Shown here: one piece after another, positions 33,301-43,563 of the stretch
Layout: the number at the start of each line of letters is the position of its first letter
Position numbering within the stretch: position 1 is the stretch's first letter
Assembly (NCBI GenBank): GCA_963719515.1
Contig: CAVRCJ010000014.1
Coordinates: forward strand, 128,001 to 192,000
Reading direction: 5' to 3'
From: an uncultured cyanobacterium
Lineage (GTDB): Bacteria; Cyanobacteriota; Cyanobacteriia; CAKZMO01
DNA length: 64,000 bases
Position numbers and translations under genes: made by a program
The notes under the pieces: generated by a model
Database searches by the model: none
The model's input: only the letters and a program-made list of their open reading frames with translations
What the model was told of the DNA's origin: nothing

Positions 33301-33515
33301 ATCAGGTAGAGCGCGCGCGCAACAGCGTTCTGCAGCAGGCAGAATACGTGCAGCGGGAAGCCCAGCTCAAGCTAGAGCAGGTGAAGCGGCGGGCGGCCTA
33401 CCAAGCGGAGGAAACCCGTAAGGCAGCAGCGGCGGCTTCCTGGTGGCTGTTTTTGACGGGGCTGCTGTCGGCGATCGCGTCGGCCTGTGCTGGAGCGCTG
33501 GGCGTAATGAGCTGA
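30351..33515 (+). CDS. Large membrane-anchored helical repeat protein
   Basis: Three N-terminal TM segments, several repeats of (L/T)NPxxIxxDLxxLxxxP.xG...RLxxFDRxTLVALLxQRxD, and a C-terminal TM (WWLFLTGLLSA). Confidence 0.8.
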   Translation: MTPTPLAAVGALASSLPAAANFASVLAQIPDPIIETPEEAALVFSGPHFFIALVAGIVLAFAFQFLLTNLGVAAGISLAGGSSDSDSGSSSSDDADSMGETISKIGFAVGITTLITVVISLFCATWLAVRLSLLTLPGMGAIVGLVIWAAYFSLLLWISSTTVGSLIGSVVNTATSGVQSIFGAATSVFQTNLNDGMVATAEAAAAAVRRELTSSVDSDQVQEQLEDYLTSLRSPELDMAGLRAEFESMIDESGIAQSTEGEALPQLERSDFIKLVDDRTDLSNRDRDRIADQLYAVWNRRASRYRGQQSSSRLSDYLQQATADQLTGSEFKQKLDQLIGAVQNDGSRQQSGQQSGQRSGNSGLKTAMTQTVSSTLNSMMGIVMGRTDLSDIDVESVVSQLKSAQSQAAEQVGAVASNDDTYNTIREDAKAYLFNTYHWRMSTDRMAREFRDIIYDPNADPSTVSYQLDHISRSDFADWLGERGVFTQGEIKKRADVLESIRIEALSAAAAAMEREQVIDLLAEVEAYLLKTPTDDLTPEKIQLSFKPILRDSDASDAQLSARLSRLDRTYFDRVLTQRKDVTETEIGFIVMQLEKARNEVLEEAANTQKAVQSKATDQWDRIKAFLRETDRHELNPDALERELSVLLDDPQAGLAALKTRASQFNRDTLVQVLNQRQDLSEDEINLTIDQVERRWQRIRYAPKQLMGEAQAQYDQAMSALTDYLRRTDRDELNPKGIRQDLQLLFDNPELGLKAFRARLSEVDRGTLVALLAQRKDLSEAEANRIINDVTVTLRDIARAPRRIARRTQLQVQDFQTTVEEYLRSTQKEELNPEGIKRDVTLLLNEPQAGMSSLGDRLAHFDRTTVAALLAQREDMTREEADQVVDQVMSVKDELAYQVQLIQERIGSMVNRLLAQVRSYLDSLDRPELEYDGVKRDVRTLFDDPNAGFDALRARLGRFNRDTLVAIASSNDRISEADANRVIDQVERARNSVLQQAEYVQREAQLKLEQVKRRAAYQAEETRKAAAAASWWLFLTGLLSAIASACAGALGVMS

Positions 33516-33647
33516 GCGCAACCAGCTAGGGGCAGTTATCACAATCAGCTAGGCGCAGTTCACTGATGGTCTGAGTTTCACCGATATAAATCGGTGAAAC
33601 CCTAGGGCCGACGTGACTGCGCCTTTGTCGTGACTACGCCTTTTTAT

Positions 33648-34061
33648 AGAAGTCGCCGTAAAACCCATCCGCTTTAGCGGTGGGATATAAGGCGGTGAGC
33701 GTAGCAAACATATGCAAAACCCTTGCTGTGACTGGGATTTGCTATAATAAAGGCGGTCAATGACCCACCCGAGACGCAGACGTAACAGACAGCCTAACGT
33801 GACGAAATCGGCAATCAGCTGATGGCGCGGAAAGCTCGGTAGACCGGGAAAAGAGGATAGGGCAACGGAAACGACCCTAGAATCAACAATCGACATAGAA
33901 TTCCTTGAATTCAACAAAGAAGAACCGCAGGGCTTGCGGGGATAGTCTGTGGAGCGATCGTAAGACCGGAAAGGTTTAGGCCTCGAAGGCAGATGCTATG
34001 AAGCAGAAACCTCCTCGGGTGACCGGGGAATCCCACGTGCTTTAGCCGTGGGAGTAGTCAA
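33648..34061 (+). mobile_element. Non-autonomous IS200/IS605-type mini-element, family B (414 bp)
   Basis: TTAT|agaagtcgccgt-AAAA-cccatccgctttagcggtggg left-end hairpin; right end GAAT-cccacg..cgtggg-agtag-TCAA; internal TGcTATAAT; 3' part shares ctgtggagc, gaagcag and cgggtgaccg with the tnpB 3' end. Confidence 0.82.
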
Positions 34062-34074
34062 TAGCACTGTACCT

Positions 34075-36625
34075 CTACGTTAAAATCGTCCCGCCCATCA
34101 GCCGCCGGTAGCGATGCGCGAGCTCTCCCTTTAGCAGCGGATACCGCTCTAACGTCGGGTCTTCTTCCATAATCGCCTCCGCCGCCTCCCGCGCCAGAGA
34201 GAGGACATCTTGGTCGTTGATTAGGCTCGCTAACGCGAAATCCGGCAGCCCTGACTGCCGACGTCCCAGCACTTCTCCAGGCCCCCGAAACCGCAGATCC
34301 ATTTCCGCAATAAAAAAGCCATCCTGCGACTGCTCCAGCACCTTGAGCCGCTGAATCGCCACCTCCGCCTTTGACGCCGTCATCAGTAAACAAAACGATT
34401 GGTCGCTGCCCCGCCCCACCCGGCCCCGAAGCTGGTGCAGCTGCGATAGTCCGAAGCGCTCAGCGTGCTCAATCAGCATAATGGAGGCATTGGGCACGTC
34501 CACCCCCACCTCTACCACCGTCGTGGACACCAAAATCTGCGTCTCGTTCTTACGAAACTGCTGAATCACCTCGTCTTTCTCTTGGGAGGACAGCCGCCCG
34601 TGCAGCAGCCCCACCGCGAACTCGGGAAACAGCTCCCGTAGGTGCTGGTGCTCGTCTACCGCAGACTTCAGGTCCAGCTTCTCCGACTCTTCTACCAGAG
34701 GCAGCACGACATACACCTGCCGTCCCTGGGCGATCTCCCGCCGCATCAGGTCATAGGCGTGGGGGCGATCGCGTCCGCGCAGCAAGTTAGTCTGGATTGG
34801 CTTTCGCCCCGGCGGCAGCTCGTCGATTTGGCTCACGTCAAGGTCACCATGCAGCGTTAGCGCCAGGGTCCGGGGGATGGGGGTGGCGGTCATGGTAAGC
34901 ACGTGGGGGTTGTCTCCCTTTTGCTGGAGCTTGGCCCGCTGCGCCACGCCAAAGCGATGCTGCTCATCGATCACCACCAGGCCCAGCCGCTGAAACTGTA
35001 CGGGATCTTCGATCAGGGCGTGGGTGCCCACCAGCAGGGGCAGCTCTCCCGTCTTTAGCTGACTATGAATTTCTCGCCGCTTGGCCGCCCGCGTTGAGCC
35101 CGTCAGCAGCTCCACAGGCAGATGCATACTGTTAAACCACTCCACCAGCTTGCGGTAGTGCTGCTCAGCCAGCACCTCCGTTGGGGCCATAAACGCCGCC
35201 TGATATTGCGACTGAATCGCCGCCAAAATCGCCGCGATCGCCACTACGGTTTTTCCTGAGCCCACGTCCCCCTGCACCAGGCGATTCATGGGCACATTTT
35301 GCTGCAGGTCATTCAAGATTTCCTGCACCACCCGCTCCTGCGCTCCGGTAAAGCTAAAGGGGAGAACGTCGTAGAACTGGTCTAGAAGCGAGCCCGCCGT
35401 GGTGAGCACCGCTGTCGTCTCTACGGTTTGCTCGCGGCGGCGGTGCAGCAGCCCCAGCTGTAGGTAAAAGAATTCGTCGAATACTAGGCGACGGCGGGCC
35501 TGCTGGAGCACCTCGTCGTCGGGGGAAAGTGAATGTGGGCGATCGCCACAGCCAGGGGTGCTAGCTCTTGGGCTTGCCGCACCGACTCAGGCAGGGCGTC
35601 CTGCAAATGCACTGCTGCGGGAAGGGCTGCCACCACCGCCTTGCGCACCAGGTCCGCCCCTACCCCTTCCGTCAGAGGGTAGAGCGGCACCACTCGACCG
35701 ACTTTGAGAGAGTCGATGGAGCTATCGGCGTGGTCGATGACCTCGATTTGGGGGTCATCCAAAGTGAGGCCATATTTGTTCTCCTTCACAAGACCAGAAG
35801 CCGCCACCGTCGCCCCTGAAGGGTACAGGCGCTTTTGCTGCTCTTGCCAGCCGCGATTGCTGTAGCGCTTGCCCGCAAAGAAGCGACCTAGCTTAAGGGT
35901 GCCGGAGCGATCGCGAATGCGAATCTCCATAATCGTCAGCTTGGGGTTGCGGGGGCTATTAAAGCAGGTGCAGCGGGTGACGGTGCCGACTACGGTGACG
36001 GTCTCCCCGGCGACCAAGTCGCGAATCGCCACCTGACGGGCGTAGTTGATGTAGTCGCGGGGGTAGTGAAACAGCAGGTCGCGGATGGTAAATAGCCCCA
36101 GCTTCCCCAGCCGCTCGCTGTTCTTGGGGCCAATGCCCGGCAGGTAAGTCACCGCTTGGTCGAGGGTGAGCGTTGTGTTCCGGTGGCGGTGGTCAATGGG
36201 GGTTGTGCGAGGGGCGGGGGTCGACGGGCGCTTAGCGCGCGGCTGGGCGCTGAGCGGCTACTGCCGCCTAGTCTTCGACATAGGCCTGCTGGCGAAGCCG
36301 TAGCGCTTGAGGCGGCGGCGGGAGATCGTCGGGCTTCCGGCGGCCGCGCTTCTAGTGAACGCTTCGCCTCATGGAGGAGTCGCCGCGTCTCGGCGACCAA
36401 ATGCTGACGCTGGGCGAAAGACAGTTCAGAATAGTTAGTGAACCGCTGGGAGAGCCCCTGCCATCGGGATTGGTCGCTGGCCGCGAGCTTAGCGGGCGGC
36501 TGGGCCAGCTGCTGACTAAGGAATTCGCTAAAGCAACAGTGACGACCTACCAGGTCGTTAAACCCCTGCTCTGCTTCAATCGACAGTGCTTTTTGCACCC
36601 GCTGCCAGTCCATCGGCGTCGTCAT
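34075..36625 (-). CDS. recG: ATP-dependent DNA helicase RecG, in three frames (indels near 36150-36300 and 35520)
   Basis: N-terminal ALSIEAEQGF; LPGIGPK and HYPRDY wedge region; QGDVGSGKT, DEQHRFG, MTATPIPRT, QLRGRVGRG. Confidence 0.92.
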
Positions 36626-36691
36626 AGCTTCGGTGTTAGCGCCGGATGTCAGCGCGTAATGTTCACACTTGTTGGCGCTCGAAACAGCCGC

Positions 36692-38035
36692 TCAGGACGG
36701 CTCATACCAGGTTGCTCGCCAGGCGGATTCAGCCTCGACGGTGGTCCATTCTCTTTGATACTTCTCGTACTTTCGGTTGAGCTTACGCGCTTGTCCATAC
36801 AGGTCTCTCAGCTGCGATCGCCTAGCCGACAGATGAGTGTCATTAAATTCTATCTCTGACACCTGTAGCCGAATTGCCATCACGGGAGAAACCTCATCAT
36901 CGTCTTCGTCACCCTGCACCAGCAGGCTCAGGACGTTGGGCGGCCCTTCAATCACCTCCGCTGCTCCTGACTTAATAACGGCCTCAAGCACCGCTTCCGG
37001 CAGGTCTTTGGGAACAATGCCGACCTCGCGCAGATGATCATTGATATCGTCCGCAAGCTGATCTATGACCAGAGTTACACCGGTCTCAAGCTGCTCCTGT
37101 CGAGACACCAGGGCGCTGGGCGCTGTAGGCAATTTCGCAGACTCAAGAGGCTCATCGATGGCGGCGATCGCCTCTGTCTCTTGAGACTCTGTCTCTTGAG
37201 GCTCTATCTCTTGAGGCTCTATCTTTTGAAGCTCTATCTCTTGAGGCTCTGCCGCCTGAGTCTCTGCCGCCTGAGTCTCTGCTTCTGGAGTCCTTGCTTC
37301 TTGACGCTCTGCAGCCTCGGGGAAGGGAGCGGCTGGGGGGCCGGCAGCTTGACCACTATCGCCCGCTAATTCGACTCCCTGGGGTTCGGCACTTCGGGAT
37401 TCAAGCTCTTGAGATTCGGTATCTGGGGGGTCAACGTCCCGAGGCTCGCTCGTCTGCGCTTCAACGTCTTGGCTTTGGCCGGGGTCTAAGGTTTTTTGGT
37501 CTTCTGCCGGCTGCGATTCCGCTGGCGGCTGCTCTACCGATTGCTCGGTCTCTGACGTCTGGGCGTCTGGCGTTTGGGACTCTGGCGTCTCGGTATCTGA
37601 CACTCCGGCAGCGCGAATGGTCAGATTTAGGTCTAGCCCAGACTGAATGGATTCTCTTGGCTGCAGAATCACTGGCCTCGGCGCTCCCTGAGGGACTTCC
37701 GCAGCGACATCTTCAGACAGCTGAAGCGCTTTGAGGCGCTGCTGGCGCGCTGCCTTTAGCAGCAGGTCAGGATCAACAAGCTGAGCGCAACTTTGGGCGA
37801 TCGCCCCCTGAATCTGCTGCTGCGTCTGCTGTCGCTGACCAGAAGTGAGTTTTAAGAATTGGTTGGGATAGCCCTTGGTGCAGAGGCTGTAGCAGGCAGA
37901 AATGACCTGACGACGCAGGGATTGAATAAGGGCAGCGAGATAGTCTCGGTACGCCTTATCGAGTTCCTCAGCGAGCTGCCTCGTGGCTTGCTCGATCGCC
38001 GTCAGGTCTTGCTTGAGCTTTTTGGCATCAGCCAT
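36692..38035 (-). CDS. Conserved hypothetical protein with a long acidic low-complexity insert
   Basis: 447 aa; helical N- and C-termini (EAESAWRATW) and central E/Q/P-rich repeats. Confidence 0.75.
   Translation of the reverse strand: MADAKKLKQDLTAIEQATRQLAEELDKAYRDYLAALIQSLRRQVISACYSLCTKGYPNQFLKLTSGQRQQTQQQIQGAIAQSCAQLVDPDLLLKAARQQRLKALQLSEDVAAEVPQGAPRPVILQPRESIQSGLDLNLTIRAAGVSDTETPESQTPDAQTSETEQSVEQPPAESQPAEDQKTLDPGQSQDVEAQTSEPRDVDPPDTESQELESRSAEPQGVELAGDSGQAAGPPAAPFPEAAERQEARTPEAETQAAETQAAEPQEIELQKIEPQEIEPQETESQETEAIAAIDEPLESAKLPTAPSALVSRQEQLETGVTLVIDQLADDINDHLREVGIVPKDLPEAVLEAVIKSGAAEVIEGPPNVLSLLVQGDEDDDEVSPVMAIRLQVSEIEFNDTHLSARRSQLRDLYGQARKLNRKYEKYQREWTTVEAESAWRATWYEPS
37175..37290. 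repeat. 15-bp tandem repeats encoding ETQAA/EPQEI/ESQET
   Basis: Repeated units such as ctctatctcttgagg, ctctgtctcttgaga and ctctgccgcctgagt. Confidence 0.75.
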
Positions 38036-38050
38036 AATCGGCCAAATGTA

Positions 38051-38839
38051 CTATTTCTTGCCCGGTTTCTTCTTGCCGGTGGTCTTTTTGTCAGTGGCCT
38101 TCTTGGCGGTTTTTTCGGACGTCTCCTTCTGGCTGGCTTCCGCCTCAGCCGCAGGCGCTTCAGCTGTCGCTGTGCTCTCGTCCTTTTGTCCTGTCTGAGC
38201 CGCTACTTCAGCCGCGAAATCCGTCTCTTCTTTATCAATACCTTCACCTAAGACAAAGCGAGAAAAGCGACGAACCGCCACTTTCTCCCCAATCTCGCCG
38301 GAGGTCTTCTTGACCAGCTCATCCACGGTAATGCTTTGATCGCGAATATAGGGCTGGTCGAGCAGGGCGAGCTCTTTTACGCGCTTGTCAATGCGGCCTT
38401 GCACAATCTTCTCGCGGATATCGTGGGGCTTATTCGCCAAGTCATCGCGGCCCATCTCGATCTCTTTTTCTTTCGAGACGATAGCCTTAGGAATGTCGTC
38501 AGTGCTGACGTATTCCACGTTGGGGCAGGCCGCAATTTGCATTGCAATATTTTTGACCAGATCTTGAAAACGCTCGTTGCGAGCAACGAAGTCAGTCTGG
38601 CAGTTGACCTCAACTAAAACGCCTACGCGCCCACCGGTGTGAATATAGCTCCCTACCAGCCCTTCAGCGGCAATCTTGCCCGACTTCTTTTCGGCAGAGG
38701 AGATACCTTTCTGGCGCAGCCACTCAGAGGCCTTTTCCATATTCCCATCGGTTTCCTTCAGGGCTTTTTTGCAATCCATCATCGGTGCGCCGGTTGTATC
38801 GCGCAGCTCTTTAACCAGTTTTGCCGATATATCAGCCAT
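38051..38839 (-). CDS. tsf: Elongation factor Ts
   Basis: [34 protein letters not shown]; Lys-rich tail. Confidence 0.97.
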   Translation of the reverse strand: MADISAKLVKELRDTTGAPMMDCKKALKETDGNMEKASEWLRQKGISSAEKKSGKIAAEGLVGSYIHTGGRVGVLVEVNCQTDFVARNERFQDLVKNIAMQIAACPNVEYVSTDDIPKAIVSKEKEIEMGRDDLANKPHDIREKIVQGRIDKRVKELALLDQPYIRDQSITVDELVKKTSGEIGEKVAVRRFSRFVLGEGIDKEETDFAAEVAAQTGQKDESTATAEAPAAEAEASQKETSEKTAKKATDKKTTGKKKPGKK

Positions 38840-39087
38840 GATGCTTCAGTCCTATTTATGCTCTGTCTATGCTACTGGGTTGTCCATTCGAACGGGCAAA
38901 ACCAGGACGCCGCTCAGCCGAGCTGACTGCGGCTCCGGGCTCCGCCGTGGCCTAACTTGGCAAGAAGTGTTGAAAATAAACTCCTCTAAAGTCATCTTCA
39001 CGAGGGACTCTAAAAGAGTAGCAGCGCAGGGGTATCTGAGAGTAGCGGCGCGGGGGCGATCGCGATCGCCCCCCTGATATAGGTGAG

Positions 39088-39906
39088 CTAGCTCGCAGCT
39101 TCGCTCGCAGCCTCGCTCGCGGCTGCTTCTTCTACCACAGGAGCGGCCTCTTCGTACTCCTCTGCTCCGCTGTCGTAGTCCTCGTAATCCTGGTAGATGT
39201 CGTTGTCGTCCTCGGCTTCAAGCTGGCCGTGACGTCCTTCATAGATGGCGTCCGCCAAGCGACCCACAATCAGCTTGATCGAGCGAATAGCGTCATCGTT
39301 AGCCGGAATGGGAATATCTACCACATCCGGGTCGCAGTTGGTGTCGAGCAGCGCCACGATGGGAATATCGAGCTTAGTGCATTCCTGCACCGCGTTGTAC
39401 TCTCGCCGCTGATCGACGATAACGACGATATCGGGCACCTGACGCATATGCTTGATGCCACCCAGGTACTTCTGCAGCTTTTCTAGCTCCCGGCGCAGCA
39501 TCGAAGCCTCTTTTTTAGGCAACAGATCCAGCACGCCGGTCTCTTCGCGGCGCTCTAGCTCCTTGAGACGCTCGACGCGGGTTTTGATCGTGGCCCAGTT
39601 GGTCAGCATGCCGCCGAGCCAGCGCTGGTTGACGAAGTAGGCTCCACAGCGAGCGGCCTCTTGGGCAATGATGCCGGCGGCCTGACGTTTGGTACCGACA
39701 AACAGCACCTTTTTACCCTGCTCGGTGGCTTCCCGCATGTAGGTGTAAGCGCCTTCCATGAGCTGGGCAGTCTGCACCAGGTCAATGATATGGACTCCAT
39801 TACGGGAGGTATAGATGTAGGGGTCCATTTTGGGGTTCCAGCGCCGGGTCTGGTGACCAAAGTGAACGCCGGATTCTAGCAGTTGAGCGAGTGAAACAAC
39901 GGGCAT
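39088..39906 (-). CDS. rpsB: 30S ribosomal protein S2
   Basis: [41 protein letters not shown]. Confidence 0.98.
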   Translation of the reverse strand: MPVVSLAQLLESGVHFGHQTRRWNPKMDPYIYTSRNGVHIIDLVQTAQLMEGAYTYMREATEQGKKVLFVGTKRQAAGIIAQEAARCGAYFVNQRWLGGMLTNWATIKTRVERLKELERREETGVLDLLPKKEASMLRRELEKLQKYLGGIKHMRQVPDIVVIVDQRREYNAVQECTKLDIPIVALLDTNCDPDVVDIPIPANDDAIRSIKLIVGRLADAIYEGRHGQLEAEDDNDIYQDYEDYDSGAEEYEEAAPVVEEAAASEAASEAAS

Positions 39907-39924
39907 TTAAGGTATTAACTCCTT

Positions 39925-40078
39925 CTCGGGTTTAGCTTGCACGTCAGGCGCATCTTGAAAGTAGTTCGGCACGGGGCCTACAGCGCTAAAGCGATCGCCC
40001 CGGTCCATGCCTCGCGGTCCATTGACCCTTCAGCTGGATAATTTTGCCGACCAAGACACCCGAATTCCTGAGTGCGCG
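39925..40078 (-). promoter_or_regulatory. rpsB leader (S2 autoregulatory, t44-like structure)
   Basis: On the minus strand gcac-tcagg...cctga-c-gtgc can pair, and tcgggt can pair with acccga just before the RBS, as in rpsB leaders. Confidence 0.6.
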
Positions 40079-40149
40079 ATTTTTTGACAACTTTTCTAGG
40101 ATAGCATTTTCATGAAGCTGCATACTGACATCTTAAGGGAAACGCTGCG

Positions 40150-40644
40150 ATGGAAATTCGCGTTGATGATTTGCAAGGGCCTGAAATCGCTAGTTTGCTG
40201 CAAGAGCACCTGCGGGATGCGGCCCAACATTCTCCCCCTGAAAGCGTACATGCTCTAGATATTGAGTCGCTGCGCTCGCCCAACATCACCGTTTGGAGCC
40301 TGTGGCAAGGCGGTGAGCTGTTGGGCTGTGGTGCGCTGAAGGAGCTAGATCCCTCCCACGGAGAGATTAAATCGATGCGAACGGCGCTGCCACACCGGAG
40401 GAAAGGGGTCGCTGCGCAGATGCTGCGCCACATCATGCAGGAGGCAAGCCGGCGCTCATATCGGCGGCTTAGCCTCGAAACTGGCTCTATGGAGGCGTTT
40501 GCCCCCGCCCGAGCCCTCTACGCTCGCCTTGGCTTTCGGCCATGTGGCCCCTTTGCCGACTACGAAGAAGACCCCTACAGCCTGTTTATGACCTACGAGC
40601 TGCCCCAGTTGGCGCGCGGGGAGGTGGGGGCAGCAGCGCCTTAG
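40150..40644 (+). CDS. GNAT family N-acetyltransferase
   Basis: SPPESVHALD, GCGALK, GEIKSMRT..HRRKGVA, LSLETGS. Confidence 0.88.
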   Translation: MEIRVDDLQGPEIASLLQEHLRDAAQHSPPESVHALDIESLRSPNITVWSLWQGGELLGCGALKELDPSHGEIKSMRTALPHRRKGVAAQMLRHIMQEASRRSYRRLSLETGSMEAFAPARALYARLGFRPCGPFADYEEDPYSLFMTYELPQLARGEVGAAAP

Positions 40645-40761
40645 CGGCGGCGAGTCAGCAGGTGGCCTCGTAGCAAGAGCCGCCTCGCGGCGAGTCTCGA
40701 CGGCTGATAAACTTGTGGCTTGGCGTGAAAATGTTCTAGAGCTTGGAGAAACGTAGCCCCG

Positions 40762-41964
40762 ATGTCAGATTTTCAGTCCGTTAGCGCTGCCGTCGCCAAA
40801 CTCTACAATACCTATCCTTTTCCGCCAGACCCCATACTGGATGAACCTCCACCGGGCTACAACTGGCGCTGGAACTGGTTGGCGGCCCACAGCTTTTGTA
40901 CCGGGCGAAAACCAGCTCAGCAAGCTATTCAAATCTTGGATGCTGGGTGCGGCACCGGGGTGAGCACGGAGTATCTAGCGCACCTGAACCCAGAAGCGAC
41001 GGTGTTGGGCATTGACCTGAGCGCCGGGGCGCTAGCGGTGGCCAAGGAGCGGTGCCAGAAATCTGGAGCCCCTCAGGCCACGTTTCAGCAGCTGAGCTTG
41101 TTCGATGCGGACCAGCTCCCCGGAAACTTTGACTTGATCAACTGCGTTGGGGTCTTGCACCACACCCCAGACCCCATTCGGGGAATCCAAGCGTTGGCGT
41201 CTAAGCTCGCGCCGGGAGGCTTGCTGCATGTCTTTGTGTACAGCGAGCTAGGCCGCTGGGAAGTGAGGCTGATGCAGGAGGCGATCGCCTTACTTCAGGG
41301 GGATCAGCGCGGTGACTACAGCAACGGCGTCGCCATAGGACGGCAGCTGTTTTCTCACTTGCCAGAAGACAATTGCCTCCGCAAGCGGGAGCAAGAGCGC
41401 TGGTCTTGGGAAAACCAGCGGGACGAATGTTTTGCCGATATGTATGTCCATCCCCAGGAAATTGACTACAACATCCCGATGCTGTTCGAACTGATCGACG
41501 CTTCGGGCCTAGAGTTCATTGGGTTTTCAAATCCACAGCTGTGGGACGTCGCTCGGCTCGTTGGCAGCGTTCCCGACTTAGTAGGGCGGGCCGATGCCTT
41601 GAGCGATCGCCAGCGGTATCGCCTGGTGGAGCTGCTTGACCCGCAGGCCGTCACCCATTACGAGTTTTTCTTAGGAAAGCGCCCGCTCTACCAAGAGCGC
41701 TGGGCGTCAGACGACGACCTGCTAGCGGCAATCCCTGAACCCAGTCCCTGCATCCAGGGGTGGCAAGACAGCCCGCAGTTCTTCAACCCCGATTACCAGA
41801 TCGTTACCCTAAAAGATGAAGAGTGGCGGTTTTTGAAGGGCTGCAGCGGTAACCCGGACGAAGGAAAAACGGTCGGCCAGATTTTATCGGCAACGAAAGC
41901 CAGCCTCACAGAGGTGCGATCGCTGCAGCGACAGCAGGTTCTTTTGTTGACGCCTGCAGGATAG
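40762..41964 (+). CDS. Class I SAM-dependent methyltransferase
   Basis: ILDAGCGTG, GIDLS, FDLINCVGVLHH, LAPGG, DMYVHPQE. Confidence 0.88.
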   Translation: MSDFQSVSAAVAKLYNTYPFPPDPILDEPPPGYNWRWNWLAAHSFCTGRKPAQQAIQILDAGCGTGVSTEYLAHLNPEATVLGIDLSAGALAVAKERCQKSGAPQATFQQLSLFDADQLPGNFDLINCVGVLHHTPDPIRGIQALASKLAPGGLLHVFVYSELGRWEVRLMQEAIALLQGDQRGDYSNGVAIGRQLFSHLPEDNCLRKREQERWSWENQRDECFADMYVHPQEIDYNIPMLFELIDASGLEFIGFSNPQLWDVARLVGSVPDLVGRADALSDRQRYRLVELLDPQAVTHYEFFLGKRPLYQERWASDDDLLAAIPEPSPCIQGWQDSPQFFNPDYQIVTLKDEEWRFLKGCSGNPDEGKTVGQILSATKASLTEVRSLQRQQVLLLTPAG

Positions 41965-42001
41965 GTCTGAGTCAGGACACGGCAACCGGCCCGTCACAAA
42001 A

Positions 42002-42073
42002 AGCGGATGATGGGACTCGAACCCACGACATTCAGCTTGGGAAGCTGACGTTCTACCACTGAACTACATCCGC
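42002..42073 (-). tRNA. tRNA-Gly(CCC)
   Basis: Minus strand GCGGATGTAGTTCAGTGGTAGAACGTCAGCTT-CCC-AAGCTGAATGTCGTGGGTTCGAGTCCCATCATCCGCT folds as a cloverleaf; CCA not encoded. Confidence 0.96.
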
Positions 42074-42651
42074 AAAAGGGCATTCGTATTCCCCACCTTA
42101 CCAAAACCATCAGCTCTGTATCGGTTTTAGTACACGAATCGACATGCGGGCCCTAGAACAATCCGCTTGCCAGAGCTGTCACAGTTAAATGCAACATCCT
42201 GACTTTTTGCCGTCATTTTAGCGTAGCGACAATAAAGGCTCACTAAAGGTTCACTTTTGTAACGCGGCGAAAATGTTTGACTATAGCGTCCGATTGCCGC
42301 TCTATAATTAGTTTAGGTGTGCAATAACAGGTGTGCCATGTAGACCGTGACCGCTCTACAGCGTTTACATGAGCTCCGCTTAGCTACATTGCGACAAACG
42401 GCAGATACTGTGACTTGTATTACTGCCATTGCAAAAGGAATAGGGTTAAGTTATGGGGAGAGCCGCGATCGCTATCTCAACAGCCGTGAGGTCGCATCAC
42501 TATCGGTTATCCACACACTTCTCAACAAGTCACTTCTCGACTGCTGTGCGACACTACAGCTAATAGACCTTCGACATCTGCTCCACAAGCTGAACTTTGT
42601 TGCCATAGCTATCAGATTTAATCTTTAGCAGCGCTCAGGCTGGCATCCTCA

Positions 42652-43563
42652 ATGTTTAATACAACCGAACTTTTAATCAACGACTTCGTTCGCAAACTTA
42701 AGGATGGCTATCACCGCACCTACGGTAGCCTCAACCAGGACTATGAGGACATCATCGGCTGGGCGGGGTCGATGGCGTTGGAAAATATTGCCAACAGCGA
42801 TGCGCTCTATCACAACGTTGAGCACACCATCCTCGTAACCTTGGTCGGTCAAGAAATTCTGCGCGGAAAGCACATTCGCGAGGGCAAGGTCTCGTCTGAA
42901 GACTGGCTTTCCTTTATTATTTCGCTTGTCTGCCACGATATTGGCTATGTGAAAGGGGTTTGCCGTGGGGACGGAGACGGCTGGTATGCCACCGGCAACG
43001 GTGATGAGCGAGTTCCCCTCAGGCCTGGAGCATCGGACGCTAGCTTGACGCCCTATCACGTCGATCGCGCCAAGCTGTTTGTCGCTGAGCGCTTTGGAGG
43101 GCATTGGCTGATTGACGCTGAGAAAGTCAAGCTCAATATCGAGCTGACGCGCTTTCCTGTGCCAACGGCGGAAGACCACCAAGATATTGTGGCTTACCCA
43201 GGGCTAATACGGGCCTCCGACCTGATTGGTCAACTGAGCGACCCCCGCTACTTGAAGAAGATCGGCGCACTGTTCTATGAGTTTGAGGAGACGGGGGTGA
43301 ACAAAGCGCTGGGGTATGCTCATCCAGGCGACCTGCGGGAAAACTACCCTAAGTTCTACTGGAACGGCGTCTATCCTTACATCAAGGAAGGGCTCCGCTA
43401 CCTACAGCTCACTCAGCAGGGCCAGCAAATCATCGCTAATCTCTACTCCAATGTTTTTGTTGTAGAGCACGATCGCCTTGGGCTTGGTCCATTGTCAGAG
43501 CAAAGCGCAGAAGCCAACGGTAACGGGGCTGCCAAGCCGTCTCCCGAGGCTGTTGAAGTGTAG
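42652..43563 (+). CDS. HD-domain metalloprotein (Npun_R2479-like)
   Basis: DALYHNVEHT, CHDIGY, PYHVDR, ASDLIGQL. Confidence 0.85.
   Translation: MFNTTELLINDFVRKLKDGYHRTYGSLNQDYEDIIGWAGSMALENIANSDALYHNVEHTILVTLVGQEILRGKHIREGKVSSEDWLSFIISLVCHDIGYVKGVCRGDGDGWYATGNGDERVPLRPGASDASLTPYHVDRAKLFVAERFGGHWLIDAEKVKLNIELTRFPVPTAEDHQDIVAYPGLIRASDLIGQLSDPRYLKKIGALFYEFEETGVNKALGYAHPGDLRENYPKFYWNGVYPYIKEGLRYLQLTQQGQQIIANLYSNVFVVEHDRLGLGPLSEQSAEANGNGAAKPSPEAVEV

Noticed and set aside
33760..33920. Group I intron (IStron) or hammerhead ribozyme in the mini-element interior
   Set aside because: Only partial look-alikes (ctgatgg rather than CUGAnGA; no convincing P7 pairing). Not supportable by eye.
42002..42073. 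tRNA-Gly as the attachment site of an integrated island
   Set aside because: No integrase nearby and no duplicated tRNA 3' end noticed; the flanking genes look like ordinary chromosomal genes.
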